Source: a virus (lineage: Duplodnaviria; Heunggongvirae; Uroviricota; Caudoviricetes). Taken from it: a stretch of 38,686 nt of DNA. Each line of letters begins with the position of its first letter. The first letter of the stretch is position 1. The notes beneath the pieces were generated by a model. That model was not told where the DNA came from, made no database searches, and saw nothing but the letters and a program-made list of their open reading frames with translations. Below, piece by piece: positions 17,236-26,639 of the stretch. The position numbers and the translations under genes are program-made. Where the stretch lies: IMG/VR virus record IMGVR_UViG_2698536640_000025; one strand, written 5' to 3'.

Positions 17236-18336
17236 ATGGCCCGTTTATCCCTTTCCCGTGAAGGACGTGACAGTCTGGAACGCTATATGATTCAGCAGGC
17301 ATCGCTGGCTGGTATCACAACAGAGCGCCTGGGTAAAACCTTCAGCGTGGATCCATCCATTCAGCAGAAGATGGAGAACGCCATCAAGGAAAGCGCCGGA
17401 CTGTTACAGGAAATCAATTTTATCGGTGTGGATGACCAGGAAGGTGAAAAAGTCCTGATTGACACCAGCGGCCCCATTGCCAGCACGAACGCAACGAGCG
17501 ACGGAGTGAAACGCCGCAATCCTGCATCAGTTGCTGATCTGGATGCACGCCGTTACCGCTGCGAGCAGGTGAACTACGATACCTTCATCAGCTACGCACA
17601 GATTGACGCATGGAGCAGCCAGAAAAACTTTCAGCAACTGCTGAGCGCGCAAATCACCCGCCAGGTAGCCCTGGATCGAATCATGATTGGTTTCAACGGG
17701 GAGTCACACGCGCTGATTTCCGATCGTGCCACTAACCCTCTCCTGCAGGACGTCAACCCGGGCTGGCTGAAACACATCCGCGACAAGGCTGCCACCCGCG
17801 TGGTTAAAGGGATGACCCTGACCCGTCGCGATGATGAAAACAAACTGGTGGCAAAAGGTGACTATGGTAACCCGGATGCCATGGTGCACGACATCCGCTC
17901 ATCCGTGCTGGATGAATGGCATAAGGACGCACCGGATCTGGTCGTACTGATGGGGCGGGATCTGTTCAATACACTGCGTCTTCCCATGATTAACGCCATC
18001 AGCACCACCAACCCGAACACTGAGCTTGTTGCCGGGCAGCTGATTGTGGCGTCCCGTACCGTCGGTGGTCTTCAGACGTATCTTGCGCCGTACTTCCCGA
18101 AAGACGCCATGCTCATCACGTCGCTGAAAAACCTGTCGATCTACTTCCAGAAAGGCTCACTGCGCCGTTTCATTCGCGAGGAGCCGGAATACAACCGTAT
18201 CGCGACTTACCAGTCCATGAATGACTGCTACGTGGTGGAAGACTACGGAAAATGCGCGCTGATTGAGGGGATCACCTTCGCAGGTGAAGATCCGGACAAC
18301 AACGCCGAAAGCGGACAGCCGCAACCCGAAGCATAA
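17236..18336 (+). CDS. N: Major capsid protein, P2 gpN family
   Basis: 366 aa; similarity to P2 gpN (LITSLKNLSIYF, YVVEDY segments). Confidence 0.9.
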   Translation: MARLSLSREGRDSLERYMIQQASLAGITTERLGKTFSVDPSIQQKMENAIKESAGLLQEINFIGVDDQEGEKVLIDTSGPIASTNATSDGVKRRNPASVADLDARRYRCEQVNYDTFISYAQIDAWSSQKNFQQLLSAQITRQVALDRIMIGFNGESHALISDRATNPLLQDVNPGWLKHIRDKAATRVVKGMTLTRRDDENKLVAKGDYGNPDAMVHDIRSSVLDEWHKDAPDLVVLMGRDLFNTLRLPMINAISTTNPNTELVAGQLIVASRTVGGLQTYLAPYFPKDAMLITSLKNLSIYFQKGSLRRFIREEPEYNRIATYQSMNDCYVVEDYGKCALIEGITFAGEDPDNNAESGQPQPEA

Positions 18337-18376
18337 CCCGGACGGGCGCGCCGCGCCCGTTAACAGGAGCTGAGAA

Positions 18377-19174
18377 ATGCTGACACCGGCACAACGCTAT
18401 GTGCAACAGGCGGTGGCCCGCAACCGGGTGACCATGAACGCCCGGGAAACACAACGGGAAAGAACCGCACATGAACAGGTCCTTCACCAGTTAAGGCTGG
18501 CACAGATGCAGCTGAAGGGTATTCAGTCAAACGTCGCCAGGGCAGAGCTTAAAAAACATCTGTTGCCTGACTTTGAAGGGTGGATTGAAGGCACCCTGGC
18601 AGGAGACAGCGGACGCCAGGATGAGGTCATCACCACCATGATGGTGTGGGCCATTGACTGCCGTGACTACCCGCTGGCACTGCGTATCGGGGAGTACGTG
18701 ATCCGCCATGGTCTGGCGCTGCCGGATAACTTTGGCCGTGACGCCGCCACGGTACTGGCTGAAGAGATTACTGACGCCGTTCTGACGCAGGCCACAACGG
18801 ACAGCGAGGCGGATTTGTCTGTGTACACCGCCATGCTTGATGAGCTGAACCACCTGGTCAGTGAGCAGGATATGCCGGACCAGGTCAGGTCAAAACTGCA
18901 CAAGGCACGCGCATTTTCCCGCCGCGCCTCCTCCTCTCCCGATGATCTGCGTCTGTCGCTGAGCCTGTTACGTGAAGCCATGCGGATCAATCCGGCTTCG
19001 GGAGTGAAGCGTGAAATTGCCACGCTGGAGCGCGCGGTCAGGAAACTGGCAGACGGAAATCAGGTGGTGCCTGCATCCACAACGGGCAGGAAAACCACCA
19101 CCGGCGGGAAAAAGAGCAGCGCAAAAAAGAAAAGCGCTGCCAGCCAGAAAAAAGCCGCGCGCAAAACAAACTGA
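18377..19174 (+). CDS. M: Terminase small (endonuclease) subunit, P2 gpM family
   Basis: 265 aa; position and size match P2 gpM; lysine-rich C-terminus. Confidence 0.8.
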   Translation: MLTPAQRYVQQAVARNRVTMNARETQRERTAHEQVLHQLRLAQMQLKGIQSNVARAELKKHLLPDFEGWIEGTLAGDSGRQDEVITTMMVWAIDCRDYPLALRIGEYVIRHGLALPDNFGRDAATVLAEEITDAVLTQATTDSEADLSVYTAMLDELNHLVSEQDMPDQVRSKLHKARAFSRRASSSPDDLRLSLSLLREAMRINPASGVKREIATLERAVRKLADGNQVVPASTTGRKTTTGGKKSSAKKKSAASQKKAARKTN

Positions 19175-19278
19175 TTTAACGAACCGCACCTCGTCGGCAG
19201 GCGGCGCAACCGGTGATCTGAACAGGCTTCGCGTTCTTTTTACCGGTTGCCCACCGCCTGATTTTTACGGAGACAGGC

Positions 19279-19773
19279 ATGAGTCTGATAGCCAGACCCC
19301 GCGTGAACAGCGCTGACACAGATACCACCGACACCGATGACGGCGACGCCATGGTGAGCGCGGGTGACTTCTGGCCGGCGATCTCACTGCATGAAATTCG
19401 CCTGGCTTCCCGCATTCCGGGGAGGACAACAACAACCCGTCTGTTACATGCAGCAACGGAAGCGGTCGCCCATGTGATCGCCGAACTGGAGCTCTGGAAA
19501 CGTGAGCGGATGGCTGAAGGCGCGGCATCACTGGCTGACGTTCCGGCCACGCAGGTGAACGGAGAGAGTGTACACGTCCACCGCTACCGCAGGGCCGTTT
19601 TCGCACTCACCCGCGCGTTTGTACTGGAGCGCACCCGGGATGTGGATACCACCGATAAAGGCGACCGCAGGGCTGACGCGCTGGACATGCAGGTTGAGGA
19701 TTTGTGGCGGGATGCCCGCTGGGCAATATCAGACATACGCGGTGTCACCCGCATTTATGCGGAGCTGGTCTGA
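19279..19773 (+). CDS. L: Head completion/stabilisation protein, P2 gpL family
   Basis: 164 aa; position after M as in P2. Confidence 0.75.
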   Translation: MSLIARPRVNSADTDTTDTDDGDAMVSAGDFWPAISLHEIRLASRIPGRTTTTRLLHAATEAVAHVIAELELWKRERMAEGAASLADVPATQVNGESVHVHRYRRAVFALTRAFVLERTRDVDTTDKGDRRADALDMQVEDLWRDARWAISDIRGVTRIYAELV

Positions 19774-19973
19774 TGAAAGTAATGGCTCTGGACGGTGACA
19801 CCGTCGATTTACTCTGTCAGCGCCATTACGGCACCACGCAGGGGGTGACTGAGGCGGTACTGGCCGCCAATCCGGGGATTTCAGCCGTCATGTTTCTGCA
19901 TGCCGGACAGGAAGTGGAGCTGCCGGAGCTGCAGGGGCAGACCCGGCGTGAAATGATCCAGTTGTGGGGGTGA
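19773..19973 (+). CDS. X: Tail protein X, P2 gpX family (66 aa)
   Basis: Internal ATG of track ORF 19704..19973; ATGA overlap with the L stop. Confidence 0.7.
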   Translation: MKVMALDGDTVDLLCQRHYGTTQGVTEAVLAANPGISAVMFLHAGQEVELPELQGQTRREMIQLWG

Positions 19974-19975
19974 GA

Positions 19976-20260
19976 ATGTTTCAGCGGCTTTGTGATCACA
20001 TCACGTTCTGGGCGTCAGTGACGACAGCCGGTATCGGCGTGATGACGCTGAGCGAAAAAATTGCCGTGGCCGGTTTTGTGCTGGGAACGCTGTCACTGCT
20101 TCGTGCCTGGCTTCACCGCCGCAGGATGGAGATCGCCCAGGCAAGGCGCAACGAACTGATTGAAAAAATCCTTATGCAGTCAGAAGGAAGGGAGCTGAAC
20201 GACGCAGAGCGCCGGGCAATGATGCTTCTGAAGCAGGATGAGCACGATGGCCGGACCTAA
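19976..20260 (+). CDS. Holin, probable pinholin type (two TM helices, 94 aa)
   Basis: GGGGTGAG RBS; TM segments ITFWASVTTAGIGVM and IAVAGFVLGTLSLLRAWL; immediately precedes a SAR endolysin. Confidence 0.6.
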   Translation: MFQRLCDHITFWASVTTAGIGVMTLSEKIAVAGFVLGTLSLLRAWLHRRRMEIAQARRNELIEKILMQSEGRELNDAERRAMMLLKQDEHDGRT

Positions 20261-20789
20261 GCGTTACGCCGTGGCCGCCATTGTGGCGCTGGGGATCTCC
20301 CTGGCTCCCGGAGAACTGAGAACCTCCCGCGAGGCACAAATCAAAATTGCCACATGGGAGGAGTGCCGGGCCCGACCCTACCGTGATCTGGTGGGGGTCG
20401 GTACGGTCGGATGCGGATCCACCGGTAACGTGGAAAACCGCCTGTACACACAGGAGGAAGTGGCCGGGCGGTGGATCAACGATATGCGCCGCGCTGAGAA
20501 CTGCATCACACAGAATTTCAGGGGGCAGCAGATGCCGCAGTCTGCATTCGAAGCCATGACGGACGCCGCCTTTAACCTGGGCTGCCGGAATCTGATGTGG
20601 TTTAAAAACAAAAACGGCACGCCGCAACGCACCACCATCTGGAAACACGCGCAGACACGGCAATGGCGCCTCATGTGTTACCGGCTGACAGATTTTGTGA
20701 ACAGTGGCGGAACGCGCACGCAGGGACTGGTTAACCGCCGGAATGATTTTAAGAACTGGTGCCTGAAAGACGCGGGAGCGCAGCCATGA
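20238..20789 (+). CDS. SAR (signal-anchor-release) endolysin, phage 21 R-like lysozyme
   Basis: N-terminal signal-anchor AVAAIVALGISLAP followed by an E...D...T catalytic context resembling P21 R. Confidence 0.8.
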   Translation: MSTMAGPKRYAVAAIVALGISLAPGELRTSREAQIKIATWEECRARPYRDLVGVGTVGCGSTGNVENRLYTQEEVAGRWINDMRRAENCITQNFRGQQMPQSAFEAMTDAAFNLGCRNLMWFKNKNGTPQRTTIWKHAQTRQWRLMCYRLTDFVNSGGTRTQGLVNRRNDFKNWCLKDAGAQP

Positions 20790-21211
20790 AACTGAACATT
20801 ATCCTTTGTGCGCTGCTGCTGACCATTTCGCTGCAGGCAATGGTGGTCATCCGGGCCTATCGCTCAGGTCAGGAGAGCACCCGTTATGAAGCGCTGGAAA
20901 AAGCCGTGAAAGAGAGCAATACGACCGTCCGGGAGTTGCTTAAGGCCACGGCGGAGACACAGTCAGCGCTGGCCGCTATCCGGCGCGAAGATCAGGAGCG
21001 TGCAGCCAGAGGGGAAGAACGACGTGAAACGATGCGGAAAAACTTACAGGCGGATGAGTGCGCACGCACTTCTCCCCCTGCTGATGTTGCTGACAGCCTG
21101 CAACAACACGCCAGCGCCGCTGAAAACCGGCGTCATTTGCGGGAGCGTGCCGGAAAGTCTGACCAGACAGACACCGGTACCGGTGCTGCCGCAACACATG
21201 ATATGGGCTGA
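20786..21211 (+). CDS. Inner-membrane spanin (Rz/LysB-like)
   Basis: N-terminal TM MKLNIILCALLLTISLQAMVVI then charged coiled-coil-like region; ATGA overlap with the endolysin stop. Confidence 0.7.
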   Translation: MKLNIILCALLLTISLQAMVVIRAYRSGQESTRYEALEKAVKESNTTVRELLKATAETQSALAAIRREDQERAARGEERRETMRKNLQADECARTSPPADVADSLQQHASAAENRRHLRERAGKSDQTDTGTGAAATHDMG

Positions 21212-21329
21212 TGTGGCTGACTGGGGAGACCGACTGGTAGATGCCCTGGACAGTTGTAATGCCGATAAAGCCGCCATTGCCGGGCTGGAGCGGCAGCGGA
21301 CAGCACGAATGAACACTCATGAAAAATAA
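21054..21329 (+). CDS. Outer-membrane lipoprotein spanin (Rz1/LysC-like), overlapping the Rz-like gene in another frame
   Basis: Lipobox LLTAC in MSAHALLPLLMLLTACNN; embedded/overlapping arrangement as in P2 lysB/lysC. Confidence 0.7.
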   Translation: MSAHALLPLLMLLTACNNTPAPLKTGVICGSVPESLTRQTPVPVLPQHMIWADVADWGDRLVDALDSCNADKAAIAGLERQRTARMNTHEK

Positions 21330-21339
21330 CGGAGTCACT

Positions 21340-23385
21340 ATGGTACCGAAACATTATCAGCTTGTGACGGCAATGACGAACAAGGAACTTGCCGAAAAAC
21401 TTGCGCCCATGCTCAGGGAAGGATGGGGACTTCTTGGGGGACCTGTCTCAGCATCAGAGCCGGGAGCACCATTTTACCTGATGCAGGCACTGGTCACTGA
21501 CAGAGACCTGCCATCAGCCATTCCGGTACCAGAAGGCGAGGAAAACCCCGTACCGGGCACTACCGACGGATACGACACTGGACACACAACTGAGCCAGAG
21601 TTTTATTATGTGGTGCCACTGGCTGGTCAGTCCAATGGCATGGCATACGGTGAGGGGCTGCCATTACCCGATACATTCGACAGTCCTGATCCACGAATTA
21701 AACAGTTAGCGCGTCGCAGTACGGTAACACCGGGCGGCGCTGCATGTACCTATAACGATATTATTCCGGCAGATCACTGTCTCCATGATGTACAGGATAT
21801 GAGCAGCCTTAATCATCCGAACGCCGATCTGTCAAAAGGTCAGTATGGCTGCGTCGGACAGGGTTTACATATTGCCAAAAAATTACTGGCGTTTATCCCG
21901 AAAAATGCAGGGATCCTCCTGGTACCTTGCTGTCGTGGAGGGTCAGCGCTTACTTCCGGCGCTGAGGGGGCATTCAGTGAATCTTCAGGAGCAACGGCCG
22001 AATCATCCCTGTGGGGCGTCGGCAAACCGCTGTATAACGATCTGCTTACCCGTACAAAAGCCGCGCTGGATAAAAACCCCAAAAACGTCCTGTTATCCGT
22101 GGTCTGGATGCTGGGAGAGTTTGATCTGAAATCAGCAACATACGCACAGCACCCGCAATTATTCCTGAACATGGTGAATCAGTTCCGCGCCGATCTCAGC
22201 GCATATGCTGCACAGTGCACCGGAGGCAACGCATCACTTGTTCCCTGGATTTGCGGCGATACCACCTATATCTGGAAACAACAATATACCTCTCAGTACC
22301 CGGTGGTTTACGGTGCATATCAGAACAAAGAAGCGCAAAAAATTTATTTTGTGCCCCTGATGACCGATGAGAAAGGTGCTAACACGCCAACAAACCTGCC
22401 TGCCGAAGATCCTGACCTGGCAGAAGCCGGTTATTACGGTGCTGCATCCCGTAGTAACGGAAACTGGACCTCTTCAGATCGCGCCACGCATTTCAGTTCA
22501 TGGGCCCGCCGCGGCATTATTTCTGACCGCCTGGCAACGGCGATCCTGATGCATGCCGGGAAGACCGTCGCCTTCCTGAAAGGTGCACCCGCACCGTTCA
22601 GCGTGGTCGCAGTACCTCCCGCCACGGCCGGTTCAGACAGCACCACCACGGAAAGCCCGCAGCCCTACACACCTGCACCTCAGCCGGGCGCAGGTACGCA
22701 GTCATCACCGGCAAGAACAACGGCCGTCGCTTATCGCGCAGACGCACAGGAAGGGAAACTGAAAGAACAGGGCTGGACAGGGGCAGATGGAAAAGCCTCC
22801 GTCGTAAATGACTCTGCTGCTGAGAGCGGTAAAGCCATGCGAGTGGAAAAAGTCCAGGGGCAACAAACAGCCTGGAAAATCGCCCACGATGTGCCTGCAA
22901 GTAAAGCAGCTGAATTACTTCAGAAAGGCGGGGAAATTGCCTTTCGTTTCAAAATCCCGGAAGGTGTTCAGCTGGCAGAAAACCGCTTCGCCATGGCTCT
23001 GCACTGGCCGGTTTCTCAGCTACCTGAAAACGTTGTTCTGGAAGGCAGCGCAGGAAACGATATGCTGGCCGCCTTCTTCATCCAGAGCGACAGCGCAAAC
23101 CTGAATCTGATGCAGCACAAACAACAGAATGCAAAACTGGGAACCTTCGGGGCATTTAATCATAACTGGCACAACGTGGTGTTCCGGTTTGCCGGAAATA
23201 ACAGCATCAGCGTGACACCGGTCATCAACGGTCAGACCCAGGCGGCCTTTAATCTGGCGAAATGCCCGGCGGCAGGACTGGATAACGACAAACTGCTGAT
23301 CACGGATATCACCAGTAACAAGGACACCTACCCCGTGCTGATTGAGTATGTGACGGTGGATATCAATAACAGCAACGCCGCATAA
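21340..23385 (+). CDS. Putative NanS-p-like sialate O-acetylesterase (DUF1737-like N-terminus, SGNH/SASA esterase domain, Pro/Thr-rich linker, C-terminal carbohydrate-binding-like domain); moron gene
   Basis: GQSNG block-I esterase motif (PLAGQSNGMAYGEG); N-terminal HYQLVTAMTNKELAEKLAPMLREGWGLLG; linker PPATAGSDSTTTESPQPYTPAPQP; GGAG RBS; occupies the gap between lysC and R that is empty in P2. Confidence 0.65.
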   Translation: MVPKHYQLVTAMTNKELAEKLAPMLREGWGLLGGPVSASEPGAPFYLMQALVTDRDLPSAIPVPEGEENPVPGTTDGYDTGHTTEPEFYYVVPLAGQSNGMAYGEGLPLPDTFDSPDPRIKQLARRSTVTPGGAACTYNDIIPADHCLHDVQDMSSLNHPNADLSKGQYGCVGQGLHIAKKLLAFIPKNAGILLVPCCRGGSALTSGAEGAFSESSGATAESSLWGVGKPLYNDLLTRTKAALDKNPKNVLLSVVWMLGEFDLKSATYAQHPQLFLNMVNQFRADLSAYAAQCTGGNASLVPWICGDTTYIWKQQYTSQYPVVYGAYQNKEAQKIYFVPLMTDEKGANTPTNLPAEDPDLAEAGYYGAASRSNGNWTSSDRATHFSSWARRGIISDRLATAILMHAGKTVAFLKGAPAPFSVVAVPPATAGSDSTTTESPQPYTPAPQPGAGTQSSPARTTAVAYRADAQEGKLKEQGWTGADGKASVVNDSAAESGKAMRVEKVQGQQTAWKIAHDVPASKAAELLQKGGEIAFRFKIPEGVQLAENRFAMALHWPVSQLPENVVLEGSAGNDMLAAFFIQSDSANLNLMQHKQQNAKLGTFGAFNHNWHNVVFRFAGNNSISVTPVINGQTQAAFNLAKCPAAGLDNDKLLITDITSNKDTYPVLIEYVTVDINNSNAA

Positions 23386-23531
23386 GAAAAAAGAGGCTCC
23401 CGGCAGGCAAGACTGAGAGGAAAAGATACCTGACGGGAGCGCAAGAGGAATTATGGAGAGTGTTTATTATTGTTATTCATTTTTTTTAAAACGCCAGACA
23501 TCGTTATGTCAATCATTTGTGTGAGGTGATT

Positions 23532-23705
23532 ATGTTATTCATTCATCAGATCATGCTGTATTTCTGTACTGCCGTCTGCGCGCTGTATCTGATCAGCGGC
23601 GGTTACAGTGTTATCAGAAATTATTTTCAGCGAAAAATTGACGAGCGCGCCGCTGAAAAAATCAGTCAGAAGTCTGCACAACAGAACAACCAGAACATGC
23701 CATAA
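23532..23705 (+). CDS. Small membrane protein (57 aa, one TM helix)
   Basis: GAGGTGA RBS; MLFIHQIMLYFCTAVCALYLISGGYSVI hydrophobic N-terminus; AT-rich upstream region. Confidence 0.4.
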   Translation: MLFIHQIMLYFCTAVCALYLISGGYSVIRNYFQRKIDERAAEKISQKSAQQNNQNMP

Positions 23706-23720
23706 CACACAGGAGGGGGC

Positions 23721-24188
23721 ATGCTGAAAATTAACACCCTGCGCGACGCCATGACTGACGCCTGCCCATGGTGTCGCGCCAACCCGGAGAAATTCACTGT
23801 GTATGTGAATAACGGAGGCATTGAGACGACCGGCGAATCCCCCTCATATCTTTACCGTTACACGCTTGGGATCTTTGTCATGGACTTCACGCAGGATCTC
23901 GATGAACTGATGGTGCCGCTGATGCGCTGGCTGTACCGCAATCAGCCTGATCTCCTGCTTAATCCGGAGAAAAACAGGGATATCAAATTTTCTGTTGCCA
24001 TCAATGACGACGACAGCACCGATATCCTGCTGGAAATCCCGGTATGGGAGCGGGTGATTATCCGCCGTAATGATGATGGCACTGTTCACGCAGAACACAT
24101 CGGAGAGCCGCCTGTCAGCCGGGCCCTGGAAGCATGGCGCGTCACCCTCGAAGATGTCACATGGGGTCAGAATGATGGCTCCGGATGA
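23721..24188 (+). CDS. R: Tail completion protein, P2 gpR family
   Basis: 155 aa; C-terminal HIGEPPVSRALEAWRVTLEDVTWG resembles P2 gpR. Confidence 0.8.
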   Translation: MLKINTLRDAMTDACPWCRANPEKFTVYVNNGGIETTGESPSYLYRYTLGIFVMDFTQDLDELMVPLMRWLYRNQPDLLLNPEKNRDIKFSVAINDDDSTDILLEIPVWERVIIRRNDDGTVHAEHIGEPPVSRALEAWRVTLEDVTWGQNDGSG

Positions 24189-24816
24189 CCTGCACAGACT
24201 GGACGGTCTCTTTCAGGAGATCCTCAGTGGTCTGTCCGCTGCCGGTATAAACAAAACAGCACGTGCTGTCGGTCAGGCTGTCCGCGCCGCGCAACAAAAG
24301 CGTATACGTTCGCAACAATCACCGGACGGTAACCGGTGGCCAGCCCGTAAAAAACGTGTATTCCGTGTCCAGGCAGGTGTGGTGTTCATCTGGAACGGCA
24401 CTCAGGTGAGACGACTGAAAAACTGGCGGACAACAACCGGCCGGTACGGCCCCATGATCACCGGTTACGACACGGAGCGCCGGGGAATACGCTCGTTCCA
24501 CAAAGCCGATATTGAAGAATACCTGGAAATTGACACCCGCAGGCGAACGCAGAGCGCCATTAAGCGTCCACCCATGTTTGAGCAGCTTCGGACAAACCGC
24601 TTTCTGAAGGTAAAAACCGATCCCGGCGGCGTCAGCGTGGGATTTGAAGGCCGCGCAGCCCGCATTGCCCGCGTTCATCAGTTCGGCGAAGTGTCACTGG
24701 TCTCTGCCGGTAATGCCGTCCGCTATCCGCAACGCGAACTGCTGGGATTCAGTGAAGCCGACAGACAGAAAGTGACGGAAATCATTATCAACAACCTGTG
24801 GAGAAACACCCGTTGA
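24172..24816 (+). CDS. S: Tail completion / virion morphogenesis protein, P2 gpS family
   Basis: Start MMAPDDLHRLDG overlapping the R stop; longer than P2 gpS (about 214 aa). Confidence 0.75.
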   Translation: MMAPDDLHRLDGLFQEILSGLSAAGINKTARAVGQAVRAAQQKRIRSQQSPDGNRWPARKKRVFRVQAGVVFIWNGTQVRRLKNWRTTTGRYGPMITGYDTERRGIRSFHKADIEEYLEIDTRRRTQSAIKRPPMFEQLRTNRFLKVKTDPGGVSVGFEGRAARIARVHQFGEVSLVSAGNAVRYPQRELLGFSEADRQKVTEIIINNLWRNTR

Positions 24817-25394
24817 ATGCTGAAATCATGCGACTGCTGGAAAACATGGTCCGCACCGGCGTCGTTTCGGAGGTGGATCTGAAAAACTGGCGCATTCGCG
24901 CTACCAGCGGCGGACTGACAACGGACTGGCTCCGCTGGAACTGCACACGCGCCGGGGCGTTTAAAATCTGGCTGCCCCCCTCCCCCGGTGAACAGGTGCT
25001 GTTGCTCTGCCCGGGCGGCAGTCCTGAAATGGCCGTTGTGGCTGGCAGTCTCTACAGCGAAGAACACCCGGCGCCCGGCACAAAACAGAATGAAGTGATA
25101 CTCCTTGCACCTGACGGTGCCGAGATACGCTATGACGCAGAAAAAGGCGCGCTGACGGTGAAAGGAATCAAAACCGCAGAGATCTCTGCGGAAACACGTA
25201 TTACCCTGGACACACCGGCCGTAGAGTGCACAAAACATCTGAAGGCCAGGACGTTTGAACTGACTGACGGTGGCACCATGAAAGGGGATATCACACACAG
25301 TAACGGAAACTTACTCTCAAATGGTGTTACCGTGCATACGCACGTTCATAACGGTGTTCAGTCCGGCGGAAGCATGACAGGGGGGCCGAAATGA
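24798..25394 (+). CDS. V: Baseplate assembly / spike protein, P2 gpV family
   Basis: N-terminal EIMRLLENMVRTGVVSEVD aligns with the P2 gpV N-terminus; C-terminal HTHVHNGVQSGGSMTGGP motif. Confidence 0.85.
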   Translation: MEKHPLNAEIMRLLENMVRTGVVSEVDLKNWRIRATSGGLTTDWLRWNCTRAGAFKIWLPPSPGEQVLLLCPGGSPEMAVVAGSLYSEEHPAPGTKQNEVILLAPDGAEIRYDAEKGALTVKGIKTAEISAETRITLDTPAVECTKHLKARTFELTDGGTMKGDITHSNGNLLSNGVTVHTHVHNGVQSGGSMTGGPK

Positions 25395-25756
25395 CACCGG
25401 TATGCACAGGCATGAACCCGCATGGTAGCGGATGCATCAGTGACACAGAACACCTCCGCCACTCTGTAAACAATATTCTGACCACCCCGCGCGGCAGTCG
25501 CATCATGCGAAGAGAGTATGGCAGCCTGTTACCTGAACTGCTCGATGCGCCACAAAACGACGTGACGCGTCTGCAGTGCATGAGCGCGGTGGTTATGGCG
25601 CTCGCACAGTGGGAGCCCAGGATCGCCATTAACCGGGTGGATATCGCCTGGCTGCCTGACGGACGCGCTCTGCTGGCCATCTCAGGCGTGCTCACCCGCA
25701 CAATGCAGCCCGTACAGATGAGCATTCCGCTGAGGGGGAGTAATGCCGACAATTGA
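25391..25756 (+). CDS. W: Baseplate wedge protein, P2 gpW family
   Basis: 121 aa; RGSRIMRREYGSLLPELLD matches the gpW/GPW_gp25 family. Confidence 0.85.
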   Translation: MTPVCTGMNPHGSGCISDTEHLRHSVNNILTTPRGSRIMRREYGSLLPELLDAPQNDVTRLQCMSAVVMALAQWEPRIAINRVDIAWLPDGRALLAISGVLTRTMQPVQMSIPLRGSNADN

Positions 25757-26639
25757 CCTGTCTCAGTTACCACGTCCGCAGATCATTGAATCACTGGATT
25801 ATGAGAGCATACTGAAAGACGTGAAGGCCTTTATGATTGATGCCTTCCCTGAAAACATGCGCAGTGCCGTCAGCGCAGCCATTGCGCTGGAATCAGAGCC
25901 ACTCAACATCATTGCTCAGGCCATCGCCTTTCGCGAAATGCTGCTCCGTCAGCGGATCAACGATGCAGCGGCGGGGTGCATGCTCAGCCATGCCGTATCC
26001 ACAGACCTGGATAATCTCGCCGCTATCGTGAATGCGAAACGCCTTGAACTGAAACCTGCTACTGATACAGAAGCTGCCATCATGGAGAGCGACAGCGCGT
26101 TCCGTCTGCGGGCACAATCCGGATTTGAAGGTTTCAGCGTCGCAGGCCCCTCTGCTGCATATGAATATTTTGCCCGCAGTGCCAGCGGTCTTGTTGCCGA
26201 TGCACGGGCAACCAGTCCGTCACCTGCGACGGTCATTGTCTCCATTCTCTCAACGGAAGGAGACGGCACAGCGTCACCGGAATTAATCGCGACCGTCAGC
26301 CGGGCTCTCAATGATGAAACTGTGCGCCCCCTGGCCGACAGACTCACGGTACAGAGTGCGACCATCGTCAGTTACGATATTGAGGCCGTACTCTATTTTT
26401 ATCCTGGCCCGGAATCTGAACCCATTCTTGCCGCCGCCAGAGATGCACTTGACACATGGCTGAAGACTCAGAATGCCATAGGGCGTGATGTGGCCCGCTC
26501 TGCCATTATGGCAACGCTACACGTACCGGGCGTTCAGCGAGTCGAGCTGAAGAAACCAGCGCAGAATGTGGTGATCAGTAACACCCAGTCAGCCCGCTGC
26601 ACATCCCGGAACATCTCTGCAGGTGGCACCGATGAATAA
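25743..26639 (+). CDS. J: Baseplate protein, P2 gpJ family
   Basis: 298 aa; position and size as in P2. Confidence 0.85.
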   Translation: MPTIDLSQLPRPQIIESLDYESILKDVKAFMIDAFPENMRSAVSAAIALESEPLNIIAQAIAFREMLLRQRINDAAAGCMLSHAVSTDLDNLAAIVNAKRLELKPATDTEAAIMESDSAFRLRAQSGFEGFSVAGPSAAYEYFARSASGLVADARATSPSPATVIVSILSTEGDGTASPELIATVSRALNDETVRPLADRLTVQSATIVSYDIEAVLYFYPGPESEPILAAARDALDTWLKTQNAIGRDVARSAIMATLHVPGVQRVELKKPAQNVVISNTQSARCTSRNISAGGTDE

